64,000 nt of DNA, from the IMG/VR virus record IMGVR_UViG_3300045599_000040, positions 1 to 64,000 of that record; one strand, given 5' to 3'. Source of the DNA: a virus (Duplodnaviria > Caudoviricetes). How positions within the stretch are numbered: the stretch's first letter is position 1; the number at the start of each line of letters is the position of its first letter. The translations under genes and the position numbers were made by a program. Shown here in pieces: positions 41,873-50,098 of the stretch. The notes beneath the pieces are model-generated. The model worked only from the letters and a program-made list of their open reading frames with translations, was not told where the DNA came from and did not search any database.

Positions 41873-42852
41873 ATGAAACAACCGAAATTTATTATGATGT
41901 GTGGACTTCCAGCAAGCTCAAAATCCACCTTCGCCCAAGAGTTAGCAAAAGTTGAGAATGCTATTGTTCTATCGTCTGATCAGATGCGATTAGAATTATA
42001 TGGAGATGAAACAGATCAAGAGCATAATGGTGAAATATTTAATGAAATATACAGAAGAGCTATTAGACATTTGAAAAATCAGAAAAGCATCATCATTGAT
42101 GCAACAAATATTGCCTCGAAAAAAGAATGAATGCATTGGAACGTCTAAATTTTAATAAAGATATTCTAAAGGAAGTCTACTATTTTAGTGTGTCCCTAGA
42201 AGAATGTGTAAGGAGAGATCGAGATAGAAATAGGACAGTTGGTAGCAAAGTGATTGACAAGATGTATCGTCAATTGCAAATCCCAACCTATGCTGAGGGA
42301 TGGAGTAAAATTCATTTAATACATCAATCCAATGCTAATTATAGTCTAGCAATTAGAGAATACTTTGATAATACAATAAACTATGCAGCAAATTATGAGT
42401 ACATATTTGAAAATGTTTTTTGTGATATTCCTCCATTCAGCAAAATCAGAGACTTGCCACATGATTCAAAATATCACTCCTTTAGCGTGAGTAGGCATAC
42501 ATATCATGTCTGGCTAGAGATACAACAAAAATATGATGATCCTGTTTTGATTTGGGCTGCGCTACTTCATGACGTGGGAAAGGCGCACTGTAAAGAGTTT
42601 AAAGAAGGCGCAAAATACGCTCAATTCTTGGGGCATGAATTTGTAAGTGGGCAATTGGCATGTCAATTTTTAAATTCTCTTGGCTACGATGATGATTTTA
42701 TTTTAAAAGTGGTTGAGCTAGTTCAACTACATATGAGGCTGATGGGCGCAGGAAATAGTGAAAAAGCAATCAACAAATTAAAAAGTTTTGTTGGCGAAGA
42801 AACTTTCCATAGGCTACAAGCACTTTATGACGCTGATTTAAAAGCAAAATGA
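41873..42852 (+). pseudogene. P-loop polynucleotide kinase-HD phosphohydrolase fusion, frameshifted at an A6 run (42119-42124)
   Basis: GLPASSKST, SSDQMR, DATN in ORF1; adding one A reads through into ORF2 with HDSKYH, LLHDVGK, GHE, HM, DAD. Confidence 0.75.
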
Positions 42853-42891
42853 ACTAAATAAAATAATTCTTTTAACGGAAGGAGAAGTAAA

Positions 42892-43086
42892 ATGAGAAAG
42901 GGACAAACAGTTTTTGATTTTGAAGTTGGAGAGCTGGTGGAAGTTATTTCAACAAGTCATCCCCAATTATATGGAGAACTTGGAGTTATTATTGATAAAC
43001 AGGATGGAATCCACGGTGGAAGTTTGAGACTGTCATTCAATAGTGGTGAATACATTACATGGATGCCTGTTGAAGATGTTAGTTAG
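42892..43086 (+). CDS. Small SH3/KOW-like protein
   Basis: FEVGELVEV...GELGVII. Confidence 0.55.
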   Translation: MRKGQTVFDFEVGELVEVISTSHPQLYGELGVIIDKQDGIHGGSLRLSFNSGEYITWMPVEDVS

Positions 43087-43127
43087 ATTTAGATAATATC
43101 AAACTGAAATATATAAAGGAGAAATAA

Positions 43128-44042
43128 ATGAAAACAAAAACTATCAAATCTATTTTATCTAAAGTACACAAACAATTTGTTGAATCAATTGAAGATGAAC
43201 GTGTTAGAGAACTTGTAAAGAAAAACTCAATTATCACAGGTGGAAGTATTGCTTCAATGCTTATGAAGGAGAAAGTAAATGATTACGATTACTATTTTAC
43301 GAATAAGGAAACGGTAGAAGCAGTTGCTCATTACTATGTAAATAAATTTAATCAACTAAATCCAGACAAGAAGATCAAACCATCAGTTGTTGTTGAAGGT
43401 GACCGAGTAAGAATTAGAATACAATCTGCTGGAATTATATCAGAGGGAGTGGATGATGAAAATTATCAATATTTTGAAATGATTCCAGATCCAACAGTAG
43501 CAGAATCGTATATTCAAGACATTATGGATAAACCAGTCGATGATGAGCAAGATGTATCGAAGCCTAAGCACCGACCTGTATTCCTATCAGATAATGCAAT
43601 TACTTTATCAGGTAAAATTCAACTTGTCATTCGCTTTTATGGCTCACCAGAACAGATCCACGAAAACTATGATTTTGTTCATGCAATGTCGTGGTGGAGA
43701 TCAGAGGATGGACATTTGGAAACACCGAACAAGGCATTACTTGCAATGATGACTAAGGAACTTGTTTATAATGGTTCAAAATATCCATTGGCATCTATTA
43801 TTCGAGCAAGAAAGTTCATTCAACGTGGATGGAGCATCAATGCAGGACAATACTTGAAAATGGTGCTGCAATTGGGTGAAATGGACTTGAGTGACCCTAA
43901 AGTACTTGAAGAACAACTTACTGGAATGGATGTTGCTTATTTTCATGAGATTTTAAGTAAGTTACGAGAGCGAATGGAAGATGACACAGAGTTTAAAGTA
44001 ACAAGTACATATTTAATTGAAATTATTGATCGATTATTTTAA
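43128..44042 (+). CDS. Nucleotidyltransferase-like protein (GG...DxD)
   Basis: ITGGSIASML...NDYDYYF; FDFVH-like YDFVH. Confidence 0.6.
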   Translation: MKTKTIKSILSKVHKQFVESIEDERVRELVKKNSIITGGSIASMLMKEKVNDYDYYFTNKETVEAVAHYYVNKFNQLNPDKKIKPSVVVEGDRVRIRIQSAGIISEGVDDENYQYFEMIPDPTVAESYIQDIMDKPVDDEQDVSKPKHRPVFLSDNAITLSGKIQLVIRFYGSPEQIHENYDFVHAMSWWRSEDGHLETPNKALLAMMTKELVYNGSKYPLASIIRARKFIQRGWSINAGQYLKMVLQLGEMDLSDPKVLEEQLTGMDVAYFHEILSKLRERMEDDTEFKVTSTYLIEIIDRLF

Positions 44043-44048
44043 GGCTAG

Positions 44049-44783
44049 GTGATACACTCAATGACACGAACCTTAGTAGTATCAGACATACATGGCTGTT
44101 ATGATGAATTTAATGAGTTACTAAAAACCACCCAATACAACCCAGAAGAAGATAAATTAATATTACTTGGCGACTATTGCGATAGAGGATTGAAAAGCAA
44201 GCAAGTTATCGAGCAAATAATGAATCTTGTAAGTGAATGGGGCATAGTCGCCATTCGTGGAAACCACGACCAGATGTTTTTAAATGCACTGTATAAAGAC
44301 GAGGACTATATATTTTTGCATAACGGTGGAATACATACAATCGAAAGCTATGTTGGATATGATTGGTTTGTTGATTATCAAGGTTTTGATTTCGATCAAT
44401 ATGTAAATGCGAAAGATTTTATCAAGCAACATTATGCCCACCACATTAAATTTTTAAGAAGTCTTCCGGTTTATCATGAGGACGATGACTACATTTACGT
44501 TCATGCAGGACTAAATCCGCTATATGAAAATTGGAAAGAGCAACCAACTGAGAATTTTCTTTGGATTCGAGATTTATTTATTGATAGCCCAACCGTGGTT
44601 GATAAAACTGTGATCTTTGGTCATACTCCAACTATTAACATGCAAGAGACTGAGGGCATATGGTATGGCGGCGACAAAATTGGAGTAGATGGGGGATGTG
44701 TTTTTGGATTTAACATGCTTTGTTTAGAAATATCGGAAAAGGGATATAAGCAATACGCTGTTGAAAGGAGAGTTGGGAACTGA
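44049..44783 (+). CDS. Calcineurin-like metallophosphoesterase
   Basis: SDIHG, GDYCDRG, GNHD, VHAG, FGHT, DGGC. Confidence 0.9.
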   Translation: MIHSMTRTLVVSDIHGCYDEFNELLKTTQYNPEEDKLILLGDYCDRGLKSKQVIEQIMNLVSEWGIVAIRGNHDQMFLNALYKDEDYIFLHNGGIHTIESYVGYDWFVDYQGFDFDQYVNAKDFIKQHYAHHIKFLRSLPVYHEDDDYIYVHAGLNPLYENWKEQPTENFLWIRDLFIDSPTVVDKTVIFGHTPTINMQETEGIWYGGDKIGVDGGCVFGFNMLCLEISEKGYKQYAVERRVGN

Positions 44784-45597
44784 CCTATGTTAAAGATCTA
44801 ACTGGTTTAAAATTTGGAAAATTAACCGTTGTTAAGAGATTAGAGAATAATAAATATGGGGTAGTGTCGTTTGGGAGTGTAGGTGTGAATGTGGCAATAT
44901 AAAACAGGCAACCACAGGCAATCTAAATGCGGGGAATATAATTTCTTGTGGATGCATTAGGGGTGGAGTAAGAAAAACAAAACACAACTTAAGCAAACAT
45001 AAATTATATGATATTTATATTTCCATGAAGCAAAGATGTTATAACGAAAACAATCCCAGATATGATGATTATGGTGGTCGAGGCATACGTATTTGTAATG
45101 AATGGTTAAATGAAGAGAATGGATTTTTATCATTCTATAACTGGTCTATAAAAAATGGGTATAAAAAGGGTCTTACGTTAGATAGAAGAGATAACGATGG
45201 GAATTATGAACCTTCTAACTGTAGATGGGTAACACATAAAATTCAGCAAAATAACAAAAGAAATTCGGTATTAATTAATATTGACGGTGTGGAAAAGACT
45301 CCATCACAATGGAGCGAGATCACAGGTTTGAGTGCTAAAATTATATTGGATAGGTTCAATAATGGTTTTAATGGTGATGATATTGTTTCAACCGAAATAG
45401 ATCAGTACGATCTTAAAATAGGTCAATCTGGACATCGTGGAATTGTTTGGGATGGTTCTAGATGTAGTTGGCAAGTCTATTATGGGGTCAATAAAGAGAG
45501 AAGTTATGTGGGAAGATATAAGAAATTAACTAACGCAATAAAAGCTCAAGAAATTTTTGTAATTACAGGAGAAAAAGTAAAAGAAAAAGACATGTAA
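44780..45597 (+). pseudogene. Homing-endonuclease-like gene (DLTG..FGKLTV / WECRCECGN type), frameshifted at a G4 run near 44857
   Basis: CTG start after RBS; MTYVKDLTGLKFGKLTVV shifts into WECRCECGN..SCGC, continuous with ORF 45025-45597 (YGGRGIRIC, TLDRRDNDGNYEPSNCRW). Confidence 0.7.
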
Positions 45598-45627
45598 TGT
45601 GAATTATAATGTAAAGGGGTAAAATAT

Positions 45628-46305
45628 ATGAATAATCGACCAAAAGCAATTAACAGCTACAAAAACCTATGTTTTAAATGCTTGAATAAAAAGAAGATTA
45701 CAAAATTCTCGTTATACAGAGGGTATGGTAGTAGTTTTGATAATTATCGTACATATTTACAAATTTGTGATGATTGTAAGCCAACTAATATTAAAGCATG
45801 GTTCGATGAAGAACCGGAAATGCAAGATAATTTTTATGAAGAATATAAGCATGAGAAAGATATTACTGATCTTGTAGACTCGTTCCCCTTGGAAGGACAG
45901 GAATTATTCTGGAACCGATGTGCATATGGTGCTCTTGCAGATTCAATGGGAAGTCAAGATTGGATTGATATGAAGTTAGGGATATTGCCTGATGAAAAGT
46001 ATAAAGAATATGGTATGTATTCACCAACTGAAAAAAGGTTATATGAAGAAAGATATCCAACATGTAATCATCCCATTAATATAGTGCATAGCGATGAATC
46101 AAAAGGAAGCAGGTGCGTTTTTGGGGCAAGTGGTAAATATGGGCAGGAAGTAGGCTTGAATATCTCTGAAGAGTGTAGCAAATGTCAACGCTACACTCCA
46201 AGAAATGAACCAATTAAAGACATGTCATATGATGAATATAAATTGTATCATGCGTATTACATAGGCAAACTAAATTATTTTAATTTGAAGGATAGGTTTG
46301 AGTAA
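45628..46305 (+). CDS. Cys-rich hypothetical protein
   Basis: CFKC, CDDC, CSKC. Confidence 0.6.
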   Translation: MNNRPKAINSYKNLCFKCLNKKKITKFSLYRGYGSSFDNYRTYLQICDDCKPTNIKAWFDEEPEMQDNFYEEYKHEKDITDLVDSFPLEGQELFWNRCAYGALADSMGSQDWIDMKLGILPDEKYKEYGMYSPTEKRLYEERYPTCNHPINIVHSDESKGSRCVFGASGKYGQEVGLNISEECSKCQRYTPRNEPIKDMSYDEYKLYHAYYIGKLNYFNLKDRFE

Positions 46306-47041
46306 AAAGGGGGATATTTGCTTGAATGAATTCTGGAATGAGCGACTGATTCTAAAAGTGATTGCAGGAAGCCATAGCTATGGAACCAACACTCCTGAAA
46401 GCGATATGGATTTTAGGGGAGTTTGCATCCCACCAATTGAGAATTTGCTTGGATTGGACAATAAATTTGAGCAGTATGAAACAAAAGATCCTGACAGTGT
46501 AATTTATTCATTAAAAAAATTTGTAAGATTAGCATTACAGAATAACCCTAACATTTTAGATGCTTTATTTGTAGATGATGAGCATGTTGTGTATGCAAAT
46601 GAGTATGGAAGAGAATTGCGTGAATTAAAATATTCTTTCCTAAGCAAGAGGGTGTTTCATACTTACGGTGGATATGCACACTCAAGACTTAAAAACTTAA
46701 CCGAAAAAGGAAAGAATCCCATTGGTTATAAAAAAGAATTGATTGATAAGTACGGATTCGATAGCAAGGATGCCAGTCATCTTGTTAGGTTGATGCGAAT
46801 GGGGATAGAAATTCTTAGGGATGGAGAAGTGAATGTGTACAGACCTGACAGAGAAGTATTGTTAAAGGTAAGAAATGGAGAATTTACTTTAGATGAAATC
46901 AAAGAAGAGTACGAATGGTTAAATGAACAGCTAAACAAGGCATATAACGAGTCAAAACTTCCAGATCAGCCAGATTACAATAAAATTAATGGTTGGTTAA
47001 TTGATACGCACAGAAAGTCAATGGAATGGAATATTAATTAA
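46298..47041 (+). CDS. Pol-beta superfamily nucleotidyltransferase (RlaP-like), copy 2
   Basis: GSHSYGTNTPESDMDFRG; NNPNILDALF; FDSKDASHLVRL. Confidence 0.8.
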   Translation: MSKKGDICLNEFWNERLILKVIAGSHSYGTNTPESDMDFRGVCIPPIENLLGLDNKFEQYETKDPDSVIYSLKKFVRLALQNNPNILDALFVDDEHVVYANEYGRELRELKYSFLSKRVFHTYGGYAHSRLKNLTEKGKNPIGYKKELIDKYGFDSKDASHLVRLMRMGIEILRDGEVNVYRPDREVLLKVRNGEFTLDEIKEEYEWLNEQLNKAYNESKLPDQPDYNKINGWLIDTHRKSMEWNIN

Positions 47042-47061
47042 AATGTAAAATATAAAGGAAA

Positions 47062-47325
47062 ATGAGTGAAGGTATATATTATATGGTGAAAATGTACAGG
47101 TTAAAATGCATAAAAGAGCTAGACTCCTTTTTCAAAGAGGAATGTACATATTACGGACGAAAATCAAAGTCAGGAATGATCATGGCAAAAGATGAATTCG
47201 ATAAGTGGTGGATAATCGAAGATTATAAAATGCACACGTACAATATATTAAACAACCATTTTATAATCTTCGATGAATTTTTTGTGCGAAATCATAAGGA
47301 AGCAATCGGCTATAAATCACAATAA
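47062..47325 (+). CDS. Hypothetical protein
   Basis: ORF track. Confidence 0.5.
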   Translation: MSEGIYYMVKMYRLKCIKELDSFFKEECTYYGRKSKSGMIMAKDEFDKWWIIEDYKMHTYNILNNHFIIFDEFFVRNHKEAIGYKSQ

Positions 47326-47359
47326 ATGAGATATTTTAAAGGAACTGAGGAGTGAGTAC

Positions 47360-47842
47360 ATGACAAAAGAAATCGAACGTAAATTTTTAATCAAAGATTT
47401 TCCATTTGGAGTGTTTGAAAATAATAAAAAAATCAAACCAACTGAATTCATCACTCAATCCTATATTAGCATTACCGACCAATCTGAGGTTAGAGTTAGA
47501 GAGTCGTGGACTAAAACTGGGGAAAGTAAACATGTATTGACATATAAAAACGGAAATGGATTAGTGAGAGGTGAATCAGAAATTGAAATTGACGGAGACA
47601 CTTTTAAAAACCTACTTAAGTCTAGCGAACCGATTACAAAAGTAAGACATTACTTTATGTTAAATGGTGTTCCGATATCAATTGATACTTACACTGGTAA
47701 ATTATACGGTCTTGTTGTTGCAGAGGTAGAGTTCAAAAGTGAAGGAGAGGCATTAAGTTATGTTCCACCTGATGAAGCTTTTAGCGATGTGACTGATGAC
47801 AAAAAGTATAAGAATAAAAATTTATGGCTGTCAATTCAGTAA
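47360..47842 (+). CDS. CYTH/triphosphate tunnel metalloenzyme, copy 1
   Basis: EIERKFL, EVRVR, TYK, ITKVR, IDTY, AEVEF. Confidence 0.88.
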   Translation: MTKEIERKFLIKDFPFGVFENNKKIKPTEFITQSYISITDQSEVRVRESWTKTGESKHVLTYKNGNGLVRGESEIEIDGDTFKNLLKSSEPITKVRHYFMLNGVPISIDTYTGKLYGLVVAEVEFKSEGEALSYVPPDEAFSDVTDDKKYKNKNLWLSIQ

Positions 47843-47893
47843 ATGAAACCCGATAAAAACATACTTTTAAAAAGTCAACGGGAGGTGTGAGTC

Positions 47894-48373
47894 ATAGGAA
47901 AAGAAATTGAGCGTAAATTTTTACTGAAAGAATTTCCATTTAGTATTTTTGAAAGCTATAAAAAAACAATGCCATCTGAGCATATCAAGCAATCATATAT
48001 TAGTCTTACTGATCAATCAGAGGTTAGAATCAGAGAAATATGGAGTAAAAATGGGAAAAAATTTTATTTAACGTATAAAAACGGAACTGGATTAATTAGA
48101 GAAGAATTAGAAATCGAGATTGATGAAGATGTCTTTAAAAACCTATTAAAACTCAGTGAACCAATTACAAAAGTAAGGCATTATTTTGTATTAAATGGTT
48201 CACCACTATCAATTGATACTTATACTGGTAAGTTATATGGACTTGTGATTGCAGAAGTGGAGTTCAAGAGCGAAGAAGATGCACTAAATTATTCTCCACC
48301 AATGGAAAACTTCATCGAAGTCACGAATGAAAAGAAATATAAAAATAAAAATTTGTGGAAGTCAATTCAGTGA
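47894..48373 (+). CDS. CYTH protein, copy 2 (probable ATA start at 47894)
   Basis: RBS GGAGGTG then ATA GGA AAA GAA ATT GAG CGT AAA (EIERKFL), in frame with ORF 47969. Confidence 0.8.
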   Translation: MGKEIERKFLLKEFPFSIFESYKKTMPSEHIKQSYISLTDQSEVRIREIWSKNGKKFYLTYKNGTGLIREELEIEIDEDVFKNLLKLSEPITKVRHYFVLNGSPLSIDTYTGKLYGLVIAEVEFKSEEDALNYSPPMENFIEVTNEKKYKNKNLWKSIQ

Positions 48374-48412
48374 GCATAAAGCCACAACAATATTATAAAG
48401 AAGGGGAGACAC

Positions 48413-48499
48413 ATGAATTGGACAAAAAATGAAAAAAGGTTTTATGGAGTAGTATGTGCAGTCTTAGGATTCATCGCAGGTTATTTAATAAATAACTAA
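48413..48499 (+). CDS. 28-aa single-TM peptide
   Basis: RBS AAGGGG; MNWTKNEKRFYGVVCAVLGFIAGYLINN. Confidence 0.55.
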   Translation: MNWTKNEKRFYGVVCAVLGFIAGYLINN

Positions 48500-48509
48500 A
48501 TACATAAAG

Positions 48510-48713
48510 GTGGGTTTGAATAGAATGGATTTTCATACAATTGAAGGTTATGCCGAAACAATATCAAATGGAATACTGGGTAATTTAAATACGAAGCTAA
48601 TAGCTAAAGAAAACATAATGAATTTAATTGGTTTATCATGCTTGAATTACTCACATAATGAGAAATTCAAAAAAGAAATGGATGCTTATTTGGCGCTAAA
48701 AGGCTTTTTATAA
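48510..48713 (+). CDS. Hypothetical protein
   Basis: ORF track. Confidence 0.45.
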   Translation: MGLNRMDFHTIEGYAETISNGILGNLNTKLIAKENIMNLIGLSCLNYSHNEKFKKEMDAYLALKGFL

Positions 48714-48751
48714 AATACCAATTTTAAAACAACTAGGGAGGATGCATTTAT

Positions 48752-48940
48752 ATGTTAATTACATACGAATTAAGCAAGTATGAAATAGAATTTCTTATTC
48801 TTAATGGATTGTCTGAATTAGGTATTAAAGCAGATGAGGTTATCTTCGAAGATTCAAAATGCAAAGTAATTTGTAATGATGATATTTATGGAATGGATGA
48901 ATTTTTAAAAAGTAAAAGTAAAAAGGTGATTAAATCATGA
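48752..48940 (+). CDS. Hypothetical protein
   Basis: RBS GGAGG. Confidence 0.55.
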   Translation: MLITYELSKYEIEFLILNGLSELGIKADEVIFEDSKCKVICNDDIYGMDEFLKSKSKKVIKS

Positions 48941-49182
48941 CAAAATATTACGCTACAGTTAAAACAGAAATTGGGAAAATCATCTTAACGGTTAGAGCTA
49001 TCGATGAAGTTCAAGCAGAAGAGAAGTTAAAAGAACAATTTAATTTTGATTCAATCATAAAAATAAGTAAAACAGTTCCTAGCCAATATTATGGAATTAC
49101 TAGTTCATCCCTTAATGGTATGTTGAGAGTGTTTGACTACTCTAAAACAACTAAAAGATATAATAATTGGGTTATGAACTAA
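48937..49182 (+). CDS. Hypothetical protein
   Basis: ATGA overlap with the previous gene. Confidence 0.6.
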   Translation: MTKYYATVKTEIGKIILTVRAIDEVQAEEKLKEQFNFDSIIKISKTVPSQYYGITSSSLNGMLRVFDYSKTTKRYNNWVMN

Positions 49183-49195
49183 AATATTTTAAAAA

Positions 49196-49807
49196 ATGAA
49201 GAGGAGTGTAATATTGGATCTAAAACTAACATCAAAGATTCCACCTTCGGTCAATCATTATCTTGGATACCGAGCAATACCAAAAAAGAAAAAAGATGAA
49301 AAAACAGGCAAATGGAAAACAGTACATATAGTTGTTGCATATCATACAAAAGAAGCAAAAGAGTTTATTGAATATTTTACTAAATATGCAAAGGAACAAG
49401 TTGAAAAACAAAATTGGGAAATTGAACAAACGAGAGACATACATCACTACGCAGATTGTGTTTATTACTTTCCCAGAACTAATATGGATGATCAAAATTA
49501 CCCAAAAGTGAGTTCTGACTGTTTAAATGGAATAGCATACATAGACGATAGCAAAGTTCTGTTTCGCACAAATCGCATATATTACGATTCAGTCAACCCA
49601 AGAGTAGAAATCAAAATTCATGCTGTTGATTATAGGGGTATTTTTAATAGCCAAGAACACCTTGATCAATTTGAAGATAAATGTAAGACATGTAAAAGAT
49701 ACAGTAGAAATTGCTCAATCCTTAGAAAAGCTAAAGAGGGAAGGATTCAAGAGGAGATAGATGATCAGTTTGTTTGTAGTAAGTATCAATATAAAAAAGA
49801 GCAATGA
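49196..49807 (+). CDS. rusA: RusA-like Holliday junction resolvase with C-terminal Cys cluster
   Basis: PPSVNHY; DDQNYPKVSSDCLNGIAYIDDSKV; NPRVEI. Confidence 0.8.
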   Translation: MKRSVILDLKLTSKIPPSVNHYLGYRAIPKKKKDEKTGKWKTVHIVVAYHTKEAKEFIEYFTKYAKEQVEKQNWEIEQTRDIHHYADCVYYFPRTNMDDQNYPKVSSDCLNGIAYIDDSKVLFRTNRIYYDSVNPRVEIKIHAVDYRGIFNSQEHLDQFEDKCKTCKRYSRNCSILRKAKEGRIQEEIDDQFVCSKYQYKKEQ

Positions 49808-49860
49808 GAATGAATAATATCCACATACATTAATCAAACTAAACAATGAGGTGCAAATAC

Positions 49861-50001
49861 TTGAAAGAAGATACATATCATACTAAAACAATTAAGATGC
49901 CAGACGGAGGCACGCTAGTTATTAATGGAGATCCATCAATTGAGAACTGCCAAACTTTTATTAAAATCCTCGTTGATGCAGATCGAGCAAGTAAAACGTA
50001 A
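49861..50001 (+). CDS. 46-aa hypothetical protein upstream of the integrase
   Basis: RBS GAGGTG, TTG start; MKEDTYHTKTIKMPDGGTLVING... Confidence 0.55.
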   Translation: MKEDTYHTKTIKMPDGGTLVINGDPSIENCQTFIKILVDADRASKT

Positions 50002-50003
50002 TC

Positions 50004-50047
50004 AAGAAGGCTGCAATGGTATTCATCATTGCAGCCTTCTTTGTTTT
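50004..50047 (+). terminator. Intrinsic terminator separating the early arm from the integrase
   Basis: 15-bp perfect stem AAGAAGGCTGCAATG/CATTGCAGCCTTCTT followed by TGTTTT. Confidence 0.8.
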
Positions 50048-50098
50048 GCACTATTATTAATGTGTGAACAATAAACGAACCAAGGAGGTGAGCTTTTT

